Source of the DNA: Dehalococcoidia bacterium
GTDB lineage: Bacteria; Chloroflexota; Dehalococcoidia; Lucifugimonadales; UBA3495
DNA: 64,000 nucleotides
Assembly: GCA_034420475.1 (NCBI GenBank)
Contig: DAOULH010000011.1
Span: 12,762-76,761 of the forward strand
Direction of reading: 5' to 3'
Below are positions 27,659-37,393 of this stretch, in pieces (position 1 is the stretch's first letter; each line of letters begins with the position of its first letter). Both the position numbers and the translations under genes were made by a program. The notes beneath the pieces are model-generated. The model was not told the DNA's origin, searched no databases, and worked only from the letters and a program-made list of their open reading frames with translations.

Positions 27659-28609
27659 CTACCGTTGTCCGCCGCCCAAAGCCTTCTTGACGCCCCGGTA
27701 CATACGTCGGAACGGACGCCGCCGGTTGTGCAGGTTGTGGGCGATCAGGGGAGCCAGGGTGGGATTGGCCGCCACCAACGGCGCAACCCATTTGCGCAAC
27801 TCGGCCATGGTGGGAGGTTTCTCATCCCAGGTCGGCACCAGGGAATCGAGGGGATGCCATTGCTTGCGGCCCGACAGCCGGGTCATCACTGTGCCGCCGG
27901 CTTCCTGCACGGCCACGGCGCCGCCCAGCATGTCCCACATCCGCGGCGCGCCGATCACGGCAAACTGCATCACCCCCAGGGCGGTCATCGCCAGTTCGTA
28001 GGCGATGCTGCCGGTGACGCGGGGCTGACCCAGCGGCTGCCCTTTCAGCCCCTTGCCCACCCGCGTGGACGCGCCGAAAGAGCCGGGCAGACCGATGAGA
28101 CGATCTCCACGGGGCTTCTCCGCCTGGTACACCGATACCGGCTCACCGTCCGCAAAGGCTCCACCGCCGACGTGACAATGGACCACCACGCCGGAAGCGC
28201 TCGCGGAAGGCCAGGGAATATACACCGCGCCAGCCAGCGGCCGGCCCCGATGCAGCACGCCGATTGACGAGGCATATACCGGCAAGCCGTTCATGAAGTT
28301 GGTGGTCCCGTCCAGAGGGTCCAGCACCCACAGGAAATCGGCGGCGGTCCGCTCGCCGTCGGCGCTGGCGTCGTCTTCCTCGCCCAGTATGCCGTGCTCC
28401 GGGAACCGTCGGCGAATTTGCCCTTCCAGGTAGGCTTGGGTTTCCTTGTCGGCGGCGGTCACCGGGTCCTGCTGGGCCTTGTCCTTATACTCGACGCTGA
28501 GCGCGCGCCCGAAGTGGCCGGCCAACAGGTCGCCCGCGCCGCGGGCGAATTCCACTGCGGCGGCTTCGATCTCGACGCCGGTCGATTCTGAGATCTGTTT
28601 CGCTGCCAT
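27659..28609 (-). CDS. Inositol monophosphatase family protein
   Basis: C-terminal part of ORF 27659..29629; likely start ATG 28609. DPVTAADKETQ, ILGEE, WVLDPLDGTTNF, MWDMLGG. Confidence 0.88.
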   Translation of the reverse strand: MAAKQISESTGVEIEAAAVEFARGAGDLLAGHFGRALSVEYKDKAQQDPVTAADKETQAYLEGQIRRRFPEHGILGEEDDASADGERTAADFLWVLDPLDGTTNFMNGLPVYASSIGVLHRGRPLAGAVYIPWPSASASGVVVHCHVGGGAFADGEPVSVYQAEKPRGDRLIGLPGSFGASTRVGKGLKGQPLGQPRVTGSIAYELAMTALGVMQFAVIGAPRMWDMLGGAVAVQEAGGTVMTRLSGRKQWHPLDSLVPTWDEKPPTMAELRKWVAPLVAANPTLAPLIAHNLHNRRRPFRRMYRGVKKALGGGQR

Positions 28610-28704
28610 ACTATTGGCGATTGTACACCATCCTCGCATGGCGTCCGGGAGATCGTATGCGGGATGGTTACGTTCAACTCGCCGCAGTTTAGAGTAGGAT
28701 CGGC

Positions 28705-28713
28705 TGTTATAAT
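28705..28713 (+). promoter_or_regulatory. Extended -10 promoter (TG-T-TATAAT) for SDR
   Basis: Perfect extended -10 about 29 bp upstream of ATG 28742; GAGG RBS. Confidence 0.55.
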
Positions 28714-28741
28714 CCCGTGCAACATTCGAGGAGGCCCGGTA

Positions 28742-29533
28742 ATGGATCTGCAACTGAACGGTAAGGTGGCGATAATCGGCGGCGCCAGTCGCGGACTGGG
28801 CCGCGCCTGCGCCGAAGTATTGGCGGAAGAGGGAGCCCGCGTTGCCATGTGCGCGCGAACTCCGGGTCCGCTGGAACAGGCTGCGGACGAGATCCGCGCC
28901 GCCACCAGCGCCGATATCTTCACCTACGCCGGCGATCTGGACAACGAGGAGACCATCGCCGAGCTGGTGGCGGGCGCGGCCGCGCACTTCGGGCAGATTG
29001 ACATCATGGTCAACAACTCCGGCGGGCCTCCCCAAGCCTACGCCAAGGATTCCACCGAAGAACTCTGGCAGGTCTCCGCCAACCGCTCGCTGTTCTTCTT
29101 CGCCCGCATGACCCGGGAGGCCTTGCCCCACCTGCGCGCCCAGGGCGGCGGCCGGATCATCAACATCCTGGCCAGCACCGTTTACACCCCCATCCCCAAC
29201 CTTGCCCTTTCCGCCGCGACCCGAATGGGCGTGATCGGGTTCATGAAAAACCTCGCCGACGACCTGGGACACGAGAACATCCTCATCAACAACGTCTGCC
29301 CCGGCAGCATCATGTCGGATCGCATGATGGAGAACGTCGAAGACCGGGCGCGCACGCAGGGCATTCCGCTGGAAGACGCCCTGGCCCAGCGGGCGGAGCA
29401 GACCGCCCTCAAGCGCATCGGCGAGCCCCGGGAGTTGGCGTATCTGGTGGCATTCCTCGCTTCTTCCCGCTCCAGCTACATCACCGGCACCACCATGCTG
29501 GTGGACGGCGGCCTGGTCCGCTCGGTGATGTAG
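28742..29533 (+). CDS. Short-chain dehydrogenase/reductase (FabG-like, atypical active site)
   Basis: IGGASRGLG, MVNNSGGP, LALSAATR (SxxxR in place of YxxxK), INNVCPG. Confidence 0.88.
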   Translation: MDLQLNGKVAIIGGASRGLGRACAEVLAEEGARVAMCARTPGPLEQAADEIRAATSADIFTYAGDLDNEETIAELVAGAAAHFGQIDIMVNNSGGPPQAYAKDSTEELWQVSANRSLFFFARMTREALPHLRAQGGGRIINILASTVYTPIPNLALSAATRMGVIGFMKNLADDLGHENILINNVCPGSIMSDRMMENVEDRARTQGIPLEDALAQRAEQTALKRIGEPRELAYLVAFLASSRSSYITGTTMLVDGGLVRSVM

Positions 29534-29558
29534 GCTAACCTGTGATGCAGGGCAATCC

Positions 29559-29918
29559 GTGACCACTCGGAACCGTCCCACTCCGCCGCCGGAGCCGGAA
29601 ACCCCCGAAGAGTATGTGGACCGGGGCAACCGCTACAGCCGGAACGGGGTGTACGAACGCGCCATCGCGGACTACACGGCGGCAATCGAACTGGATGCCG
29701 CGTGTGCCGACGCCTGGTTCAACCGGGGCGTCTCCTGGTACGAAGTCGGAGAGTACCAGCAGTCCATCGACGACCTGACCCAGGCCATCCGGCTGGACCC
29801 GGACGACGACAACTACTACTCCCGCCGATCACTGTCCTACCTGTTCAACGACCAGCCGGAGGAAGCCCAGGCGGATATGGACACCAGCGAGGAGATCCGT
29901 CTCCGCTCCTGGCAGTAG
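29559..29918 (+). CDS. Small TPR-repeat protein
   Basis: YVDRG...YERAIADYTAAIELD..AWFNRG...YQQSIDDLTQAIRLDP..YYSRR: about three TPR units. Confidence 0.85.
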   Translation: MTTRNRPTPPPEPETPEEYVDRGNRYSRNGVYERAIADYTAAIELDAACADAWFNRGVSWYEVGEYQQSIDDLTQAIRLDPDDDNYYSRRSLSYLFNDQPEEAQADMDTSEEIRLRSWQ

Positions 29919-30040
29919 CACGCGCCCCAGGGCCTTTCGCTTTTCCCTTTGTCGTCATTTGTATGTGGCGTGTACCGCACAGATAGGCCAGTCTGTGGGG
30001 CAGGTGTGACGGGCATGGGATTTCAAGTGCGTAACTCCTA

Positions 30041-30072
30041 TGTCATTGCAAGCGCAGCGTGGCAATCTCGTG
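30041..30072. repeat. GTCATTGCGAG-family REP-like element, single arm
   Basis: TGTCATTGCAAGCGCAGCGTGGCAATCTCGTG; partner arm decayed. Confidence 0.7.
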
Positions 30073-30195
30073 GGGTACCCAGCCGTGGTCAGGGGAAATG
30101 GATCACCTCGTGCCACCATTAGTCGCGTTGACAACCCCGATGCCGCACCATAACATCGCGCCATTCGAGCGCGCTGGATCTGCTGCAGGAATGCC

Positions 30196-31296
30196 GTGAA
30201 AGCTTCATATTTCGGTTGCATGGGCTACGCTGAGCGCGACCGGTTCCCCGCCGGTTGGCCGGTGCCGCCGGCCTTTCACGACCCCGAGGTCTCCCTGCGT
30301 TCGTATCAGGAAGGCATGGAGGAGTGCGAGCTCGCCGAAGACCTCGGCTTCGACTGGATCAGCCTTTCCGAGCATCACTACTCCGGCAACCGCACCACAC
30401 CCAACCCTGCGGTGATGGCCGCTGCCGTCGCCGAGCGCTGCCGCACGGCAAGGATCGCCCTGCTTGGCCAGCTGCTCCCCATCAACAATCCGGTTCGCGT
30501 CGCCGAAGAAATCGGTATGCTGGACAATCTCACCGGCGGCCGCCTGGTGGCCGCGTTCATGCGCGGCACCCCCAGCGAGGACCAGGTGTACGATCTCAAC
30601 CCTTCCGAGGGCCGCGAGCGGTTGATCGAAGCCATGGATCTGGTGTTGAAGGCCCTCACCGAGCCGGAGCCCTTCTCCTGGGAGGGCCGCTACTACCAGT
30701 ACCGCACCGTATCCGTTTGGCCCTGGCCGGTGCAACGCCCGCTGCCGCCTCTGCTTGTGGCCACCCGCAGCGCCGATACTGTCCAGTTTGCCGCGTCCCG
30801 CCGCCTCGGGCTGGGCATCTCCTACGAGCACCCCGACGATATGGCCAACGTCGTCGAAGATTACCGGCGTTGGTCCAGCGAGGCCGACTGGCAACCCGGC
30901 ACCGACGACATTGTCTATCGCGGCGGAATTTGCCTGGCCGAGACCGACGAGCAGGCGCACGCTCTGCGCGACCGCGTACACAACGCCGGCGGCGGACGCG
31001 GAATGAACATCGGCCGCTCCCTTGCGCAGGCGGTGCAGGCGGCTCGATCCGGACGAGCGTCGCCGACACCCGACGCGCCGGCGTCTCCTCCGCCGTCCGG
31101 CGGCGCGCTGCGAACCCAGCTCAACTTCGTCGGCAGTCCCGACACCGTGGTGGAACAGCTCCGCGCCTACTACGAACGGTGCGGCGTGGGCGTCGTCGAT
31201 CTCGCCTTCCAGCAACCCGGTCTCAACCACCAGGATGTGATGGCCGAAATCGAACTCTTCGGCCGCGAGGTCCTTCCCCGCATCCATGAATTCTGA
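30196..31296 (+). CDS. Luciferase-like (LLM class) monooxygenase, paralog of 2150..3253
   Basis: MKASYFGCMGY start, LSEHHY, PVRVAEEIGMLDNLTGGR, GRYYQYRTV.VWP, ELFGREVLP. Confidence 0.9.
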   Translation: MKASYFGCMGYAERDRFPAGWPVPPAFHDPEVSLRSYQEGMEECELAEDLGFDWISLSEHHYSGNRTTPNPAVMAAAVAERCRTARIALLGQLLPINNPVRVAEEIGMLDNLTGGRLVAAFMRGTPSEDQVYDLNPSEGRERLIEAMDLVLKALTEPEPFSWEGRYYQYRTVSVWPWPVQRPLPPLLVATRSADTVQFAASRRLGLGISYEHPDDMANVVEDYRRWSSEADWQPGTDDIVYRGGICLAETDEQAHALRDRVHNAGGGRGMNIGRSLAQAVQAARSGRASPTPDAPASPPPSGGALRTQLNFVGSPDTVVEQLRAYYERCGVGVVDLAFQQPGLNHQDVMAEIELFGREVLPRIHEF

Positions 31297-31449
31297 CGTC
31301 AAGGTGTTGGCGTCAAGTTGCGATAGGAATCCACACGCTTATAATAGATGGGAGCGGTAGATGTACTGCCAATTCAAGCGGGCTTGACCCGGAATTGCAG
31401 TGCCGTCAAAAGCGTGTCCGTACGACCCTGGTAGGTTGAACTTCTCGAG

Positions 31450-31932
31450 TTGAGCGCTATGACATCCTCTCACGGTGCAGTTTCACCATCGGTGGCAGCC
31501 TCGGCTGAGGAAGACAGAATCCGGTACAAGATATCCAGCATCATTGCTGACGAATTAGGGCTGGTCAGAGCGCTCCGATTGAACAGCCGCTACGAGGGGA
31601 TTTGCCCGGAGTTGATGGCGGCAATCGAGGGAGCAGAAGCTCGCGGCGTGGTCAGCGAGGAAGAAGTGGATGACCTATGGGTCTCCGACATCATTATTCG
31701 CGCCCAGCGATCCAGCGACCGGCAACAGGTTCACGCCGTGCTTGAGGTGTCTTTCACAATCAACAACCGCGACGTAAACCGTGCCTACCAGCGAGGGCGG
31801 GTACTATCCGCAGTTACGGAGGGTGAAGTGGTGGCGGCGGTGATCGGTGGGGTGGCAGAATCTCAGCAACGCCGCCGGGCACAGGAACGGGGTGTAAGAG
31901 TGGTGATACCCTCAATGTTCAGGACCCAATAA
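31450..31932 (+). CDS. Hypothetical protein, possible PD-(D/E)xK-like domain (DUF3782-like C-terminal module)
   Basis: TTG-start ORF with SDIIIRA...VLEVS..I...DV.RA..R..VL..V...V.AAVIG, a pattern recalled from coiled-coil/nuclease-fold proteins. Confidence 0.45.
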   Translation: MSAMTSSHGAVSPSVAASAEEDRIRYKISSIIADELGLVRALRLNSRYEGICPELMAAIEGAEARGVVSEEEVDDLWVSDIIIRAQRSSDRQQVHAVLEVSFTINNRDVNRAYQRGRVLSAVTEGEVVAAVIGGVAESQQRRRAQERGVRVVIPSMFRTQ

Positions 31933-31945
31933 CCCGGAGACCATC

Positions 31946-32820
31946 ATGGCTGACTTCAACACCGGCAGCGTTCGCGCCAACGGCATCAACTTCCACTACC
32001 TCGAGATGGGCGACGGCCCCCTGGCCATCTGCCTCCACGGCTTCCCCGACCACGCGTACTCCTTCCGTCACCTCCTGCCGGACCTGGCGGCCGCCGGGTC
32101 CGCGCCGTGGCACCGTTCATGCGCGGCTACGCGCCCACGGAAGCCCCAGCCGATGGCCGATACCATTCGGCCTTGATGGCTCGCGACGCCGTCGAGCTCA
32201 TCGGCGCGCTGGGAGCCGACCGTGCCTACCTGATCGGCAACGACTGGGGAGCCGGCGCCGTGGTGGGGGCCACCGCCCTCGCCCCCGAAAAGGTCATCAA
32301 GCTGGTGACCATCGCCTCCGGCCGCGTCGACCGCGAGCTCAGCATGGAGTTCCAGTACCTCCACGGCACCTGGCACGGGTTCTTTTTCCAGATGCCCCAC
32401 GCCGAGGAAGTCGTTGCCCACAACGACTACGCTTTCGTGGAGGAGTGGTGGCGCTGGGCATCCCCGGAGTGGGACATTCCCGCCGAGTCCCTGGAGAGCA
32501 TAAGGTCAACCTTCCGCAAGCCCGGCGTCGTCCAGGCCGCCCTGGGCTACTATCGCGCCCGCTACGACGCCTCGCAGGTGGACGACCAGGTGTGCGCCGA
32601 CCAGGCGGTCATCGCGGCCGGCCCCATCCGCGTGCCGACCCTGGCCCTCCACGGCACCCGAGACCGGCCCAAGCGGCTGGAGTCCTTCCTCAGCTCGGGC
32701 ATGTACTCCTATTTCTCCGGCGGCCTGGAGAAGGTCATCATTCCCGGCACCGGCCACTTCATGCACCAGGAACGCCCCGAAGAGGTCAACCCCAAAATCA
32801 TCAAGTTCCTGACCCGCTGA
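31946..32820 (+). pseudogene. Alpha/beta hydrolase (soluble epoxide hydrolase-like), frameshifted near 32099
   Basis: ORF 31946..32176 carries LHGFPDH; ORF 32107..32820 continues APFMRGY..GNDWGA..GTGHFMHQE. Inserting one T in GGGTCCGC restores G-F-R-A-V-A-P. Confidence 0.75.
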
Positions 32821-32836
32821 ACCCGGCCCATCTGCT

Positions 32837-32921
32837 TGTCATTGCGAGCGCAGCGCGGCAATCTCGTCAGTGGAACGGCGGCACATCGGGCCTGTAATTG
32901 CGAGCGCAGCACGGCAGTCCC
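32837..32921. repeat. Two tandem GTCATTGCGAG-family arms
   Basis: TGTCATTGCGAGCGCAGCGCGGCAATCTCGTC (32837-32868) and decayed TGTAATTGCGAGCGCAGCACGGCAGTCCC (32893-32921). Confidence 0.75.
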
Positions 32922-33021
32922 ACTGCTGCCAACAACACCCCAAGACTGGTACGCTGGCACAATTCCGCAGGGGCGGATAACCATCCGCTCCCACTTTTTC
33001 ACCCGATATGCCGATCCAAGT

Positions 33022-34170
33022 CTAGCCTCGGAAGGGCCGGAAGAACTCCCGCACCTCGTGGGCCAGCAGTTCCGGCTCCTCCAGCGCGGCGAAGTGGCCG
33101 CCCCGGGGCATCTGCGTCCACCGCAGGACGTCCCATGACCGTTCCGCCCATTCGCGCGGCGGCTTGGCGATCTCCTGCGGGAACATCGCCATCCCCGCCG
33201 GCGTGGGCACCTTTTCCCCTTCCGCCATCTCCCACACCGAGCTCTGGTTCTCTTTGTACATCCGCACCGACGACCCTATGGTGTTGGTCACCCAGTAGAT
33301 GGTCACCGTGGTCAGCAACTCGTCCTTAGTGTAGGTGCTCTCCACGTCGCCGTTGCAGTCGCTCCACGTCCGGTACTTCTCCACGATCCATGCCGCCAGG
33401 CCGGCCGGGGAGTCGTTGAGTCCGTAGGACAACGTCTGCGGCTTGGTGCCCTGGATGTGGCTGTACCCGCCCTCGCTCTGCTGCCATCGCTCTCGCTGGT
33501 CCGAGTGCGCCTGCTCCGCGTCGGTCAGCGGCCGCGACCCCGGCCCCAGGTACGGCGTCGGCCGCGTGATGGAGGTCAGGTGCACGCCGATCATCTTGTC
33601 CGAGTGGGCATACCCCAACCGCGACGTGACGCCGGCGCCGATGTCACCGCCCTGCGCCGCGAACTTCGGATAGCCCAGGTTCTCGGTCATCAGCTTGGCC
33701 CACAGGTCCGCCACCTTCTGCACCTGCATCCCCGGTTCCTGCGACGCCTGCGAGAACCCGAACCCGGGCAACGAGGGCGCGATCACGTCGAAAGAATCTG
33801 CCGGATCCCCGCCGTGTCCGCCCGGATCAGCCAGCAAGGGGATGATCTTCGTCATCTCGAAAAAGGTGCTCGGCCACCCGTGGGTGATCACCAGCGGCAT
33901 GGGGTTCGGCCCGGCGCCGTTCTCCTTGATGAAGTGGATGCTCAGCCCGTCAACCTCCGACTTGTAGTGATTGAACGCGTTGAGCTTCTTCTCCTGCGCC
34001 CGCCAGTCGAAGTCCGTCCGCCAGTACTCCACCAGTTCCTTGATGTAATCCAGATTGGAGCCGTACTCCCACCCCGTGCCGGGCATCTCGTCGGGCCATC
34101 GGGTGTGCTCCAACCGCCGGCGCAGGTCCTCCAGCACATCGTCGCTGATCGCAATCTCAAAAGGCTCCAT
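33022..34170 (-). CDS. Epoxide hydrolase, microsomal type (EHN domain)
   Basis: L.RRL..TRWP, WRTDFDWR, ITHGWPSTF, PSLPGFGFS, QGGDIG, RGGHFAALEEP. Confidence 0.93.
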   Translation of the reverse strand: MEPFEIAISDDVLEDLRRRLEHTRWPDEMPGTGWEYGSNLDYIKELVEYWRTDFDWRAQEKKLNAFNHYKSEVDGLSIHFIKENGAGPNPMPLVITHGWPSTFFEMTKIIPLLADPGGHGGDPADSFDVIAPSLPGFGFSQASQEPGMQVQKVADLWAKLMTENLGYPKFAAQGGDIGAGVTSRLGYAHSDKMIGVHLTSITRPTPYLGPGSRPLTDAEQAHSDQRERWQQSEGGYSHIQGTKPQTLSYGLNDSPAGLAAWIVEKYRTWSDCNGDVESTYTKDELLTTVTIYWVTNTIGSSVRMYKENQSSVWEMAEGEKVPTPAGMAMFPQEIAKPPREWAERSWDVLRWTQMPRGGHFAALEEPELLAHEVREFFRPFRG

Positions 34171-34250
34171 GCCATCTCTCCTTCTATGGGTTCAGTCTGG
34201 GCGTCCGCTATGGACGCCCCTTCGCGCGCACCCAGTTTTCCGCAAACCCC

Positions 34251-34341
34251 TCTTTGCGAGGAGCGAAGCGACGTGACAATCCCGTTGGTGTAACGGCGTT
34301 CCTTGCCCCAACGAGATTGCCGCGCTTCGCTCGCAATGACA
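34251..34341. repeat. Complete REP doublet (long arm, spacer, short arm)
   Basis: TCTTTGCGAGGAGCGAAGCGACGTGACAATCCC ... ACGAGATTGCCGCGCTTCGCTCGCAATGACA. Confidence 0.85.
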
Positions 34342-34377
34342 GGTTCAGCGAAACTGGGTGCGCATGAACGTCGCCGC

Positions 34378-35394
34378 TCACGCCTCTATCCGGTACACCC
34401 GCACCGCCGTGTCGTGGAACGCCGCCGCGCGCTCCGAGGCCGAATATCCCTGCGACAGCCGCTTGAAGCCGTTGTACATCACGTGGTACGAGAAGGACAC
34501 CTTGTCCACCGGGAAATTGCTCTCGAACATGCAGCGATCCGGCCCGAAACTGTCCAGGCAGTGTCGCATCCAATCTCCGACGGAATCGGCAATCTCCTCG
34601 GAACCCACGGGCGTCTCCCGCGTGTGCCAGTCAAACCCGATGCGCGGCATCCCGATCCCGCCCAGCTTCATGATGATGTTGGGCTCCGTGCCCACGGCCG
34701 CAATGCCGCTGCGCCACTGCGGGATGACCTCGTCGTCCCGGTTGGCGAAGGGCCCGGTGCGCATCATGCCGCCGATATGGTTGAGCACTATGGTCAGGTC
34801 CGGGACCTGGCGGGCAAACTCGGCCAGTTCCGGCAGTTGGGGAAAGTACACCGACGTCTCGAGGATCAGGCCCATGTCCTGCAAAACCCGCGCCCCGGCC
34901 AGGTAGTCGTCGCGCTGCAGCAGACCCTCCACTTCCCGGTTTTCCACGTCCGGATGGGGATCCCAGCCCACCGAATGCCTTATCCCGCGGAAGCGATTTG
35001 GACTCGCCGCCTGCAGCGCTTCCAGCACCGGACGGACGCCGTCGCCCATTTTCAGATCGGCCCGGCCGATGATGGCTGCCGCAGCCCGGCCATCGCCGTG
35101 GGCGCCCGTCGCGCTCTCGTCGGCGATGGCCTGGACGAATTCCACCTCGCCCACCGGACGCAGCTCTTCAGGCCCGTCGGTGCGGTACTCCGAACGCGCC
35201 TCGACGAAAACCGTGGACCGCACGTTATGTCCGCTGTTGATGTCCGCCGCCAAATCAGGCAGCAGGTATTGCTGGTAATCCACCGGCTCCGGGCGTTGCA
35301 CCCAGAAATGGTGATGCGGGTCACAGATCGGGAGCTCAGGTTCCAGGATTGGTTCCGTCGTCAGGGCCAGCCATTCATTGCCACTTGGCGGCAT
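34378..35394 (-). CDS. Amidohydrolase_2 family protein (L-fuconolactonase-like)
   Basis: ICDPHHHFW, FRGIRH, VLNHIG, KLGG, MFESNFPVDK. Confidence 0.88.
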   Translation of the reverse strand: MPPSGNEWLALTTEPILEPELPICDPHHHFWVQRPEPVDYQQYLLPDLAADINSGHNVRSTVFVEARSEYRTDGPEELRPVGEVEFVQAIADESATGAHGDGRAAAAIIGRADLKMGDGVRPVLEALQAASPNRFRGIRHSVGWDPHPDVENREVEGLLQRDDYLAGARVLQDMGLILETSVYFPQLPELAEFARQVPDLTIVLNHIGGMMRTGPFANRDDEVIPQWRSGIAAVGTEPNIIMKLGGIGMPRIGFDWHTRETPVGSEEIADSVGDWMRHCLDSFGPDRCMFESNFPVDKVSFSYHVMYNGFKRLSQGYSASERAAAFHDTAVRVYRIEA

Positions 35395-35463
35395 GATCGC
35401 ACCTCCGCGTTCGGGTTCCGGGGGTAGTCAGGCGGATGATAACACGGCGCAAACTCAATCCGA

Positions 35464-36459
35464 TCAGTCGCTTGAAATGGCAAGCGCACCCACAGCCACG
35501 GTGCCCACGTCAATGGGCAACGGCTCCCAGGTGACGCCCCGGTCGCCGCTGCGGTACAGCTTTCCGCCGTCGGTCCCGCCGTAAACCGTGTTCGGCTCCT
35601 GCGGGTCCCACTCAAAAGCCACCATCATGTCAGTCGGGTCGTCGCCCTCGCCGACACCCTGGACCAGTTCCCAACTGCGCCCGGCATCGGTAGAGCGATA
35701 GAACTTGGGACTCCCGCGCCGCGCGTTCTCCGAAACGGTCACCAGCACCACGTCCGCGTCGTCGGGCGCGGCGGAGATGTGCAGCGTGTACCGCCGGTCC
35801 AACCCGTCGTTGATCATCTCCCAGGTTTCTCCGCCATCGTCCGAGCGGTAGGGCGCCACCGCGGTCGCCACGTAGATCCGGTCAGCTCGGTCCGCGCTCA
35901 GATTGACGCAATGGATGTCGTCGTTCAGGCCATCCAACTGCTTCCAGCTTGCCCCGCCGTCCCCCGAACGCACCATTCCGCCCACCTCGATGCCGGCGTA
36001 CAGGTCGTTCACCGAGCCGGGCGCCGCCCGCAGGTCGCGCACGTGCGAATCCCGCGTGGGCGCGTGAAACCCCCACTGCGTCGATTCCGGCACCGCGCGG
36101 AACGTGTCGAACTCATTCCAGGTCGCCCCGCAGTCGGCGGACCGCCAGATCTCCGCCGGCTCGCTGCCGACATACACGGAGTCGGCGTCATCGGGATGGG
36201 CCAGCACGCTGTGCGCGTAATCGGTCGGGTACGCCCTCAGGTGTTCCCACGTCACGCCGCCGTCGTCCGTCCGGTACACCCCGGCCTCGTAGGCGGCCAG
36301 GTACGCCCGCGATGATGCCACCGGACTCGCGCTGAGACGCGCCGCCGCGTGCTCCAAAGGCGTCACCGGCCCCTGCTTCCAGGTCTTGCCGCCGTCGTCG
36401 CTGGTGACGGCGCATACCCCGTCGTGCATTCCCACGTAGATTCTCTTGGTTCCGGCCAT
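35464..36459 (-). CDS. BNR/Asp-box repeat beta-propeller protein
   Basis: Seven S/T-x-D-x-G-x-S/T-W boxes (SDDGGKTW, TDDGGVTW, SADCGATW, SGDGGASW, SDDGGETW, STDAGRSW, SGDRGVTW). Start 36459 after AGGAGG. Confidence 0.85.
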   Translation of the reverse strand: MAGTKRIYVGMHDGVCAVTSDDGGKTWKQGPVTPLEHAAARLSASPVASSRAYLAAYEAGVYRTDDGGVTWEHLRAYPTDYAHSVLAHPDDADSVYVGSEPAEIWRSADCGATWNEFDTFRAVPESTQWGFHAPTRDSHVRDLRAAPGSVNDLYAGIEVGGMVRSGDGGASWKQLDGLNDDIHCVNLSADRADRIYVATAVAPYRSDDGGETWEMINDGLDRRYTLHISAAPDDADVVLVTVSENARRGSPKFYRSTDAGRSWELVQGVGEGDDPTDMMVAFEWDPQEPNTVYGGTDGGKLYRSGDRGVTWEPLPIDVGTVAVGALAISSD

Positions 36460-36630
36460 GTCAGTCCTCCTTGCGCGGGAAATCGCTCCGTTTCGTATGC
36501 ACGAATATACCAGACGCACCGTAGGGTCTCACCGTGACAAAGCGATGGCGTGCCGGGAGCGGGTATAATTCAGTCCAACGTCGGCCGAGTAGCCTAACGG
36601 CCACGCACAACACGCCCGGCGAGGTTCAGC

Positions 36631-37338
36631 ATGACCACCGCCAAAACGCCAAAAGCCCCATCCACATATCAGCTGCCGGAACCGCCCAAGACTCCGGACG
36701 AAAGAATGACCGCCTCCCGTCACCTGTCCATCACCGGCAGCGCCCACTTCCTGGCTCAACACTTGGGCAATCCCGAAACCACTGTCATCGGCGCCGACTT
36801 GTACAACACGCCGGTTGCACCGGCTGAACTGGCTGACATGACCGACGCGCCCTACCCTGATCTCATGGTGGCCTTCGACGCTGACCCAGCGGCGTACGTG
36901 GCCCGCAACGGATACGTCATATCGGAGCAGGGGAAGCCGCCCGACTTTGTGCTGGAGGTGGCCTCTCGCTCCACCGGACGGCGGGACACCGTAGATAAGC
37001 GCATCATCTACGCCCAGCTCGGCATACTGGAGTACTGGCGGTTTGACGAAACGGGACGGCATCACGTGGCCCGCCTGGCCGGGGACCGTCTGGTGGAAGG
37101 CCAATATGTGCCCATTCCAATCGATGATCTGCCAGACGGGAGCCTTCAGGGCCGGAGCGCCGTCCTCAACCTGTACCTGAGGTGGACGAACGGACTACTG
37201 GGTTGGCATGACCCTGCCACCGGCCAGCACATCACCACGCTGTCCTCCGAACGCGAAGCCCGCATCCGGGCCGAATTCAGGGTCGAGGAACTCGAAAGCC
37301 AGCTCCACCAACTGCGCGGCGAACGATCACAGGCATGA
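36631..37338 (+). CDS. Uma2/DUF820 family endonuclease
   Basis: YPDLMVAF, GKPPDFVLEVASRST...D..K..YA.LGI.EYWRFD; same subtype as 223..1035. TATAAT at 36564-36569. Confidence 0.85.
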   Translation: MTTAKTPKAPSTYQLPEPPKTPDERMTASRHLSITGSAHFLAQHLGNPETTVIGADLYNTPVAPAELADMTDAPYPDLMVAFDADPAAYVARNGYVISEQGKPPDFVLEVASRSTGRRDTVDKRIIYAQLGILEYWRFDETGRHHVARLAGDRLVEGQYVPIPIDDLPDGSLQGRSAVLNLYLRWTNGLLGWHDPATGQHITTLSSEREARIRAEFRVEELESQLHQLRGERSQA

Positions 37339-37393
37339 ATGCCCGATCCCGCCAGCCTCGCCGCAACTCGTTCCACCGTCCAGGAGTACAGAC

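Noticed and set aside
27659-29629. 656-aa ORF as a large fusion protein
   Set aside because: Only the C-terminal ~316 aa is an inositol monophosphatase; the upstream part is the antisense shadow of the plus-strand SDR at 28742..29533.
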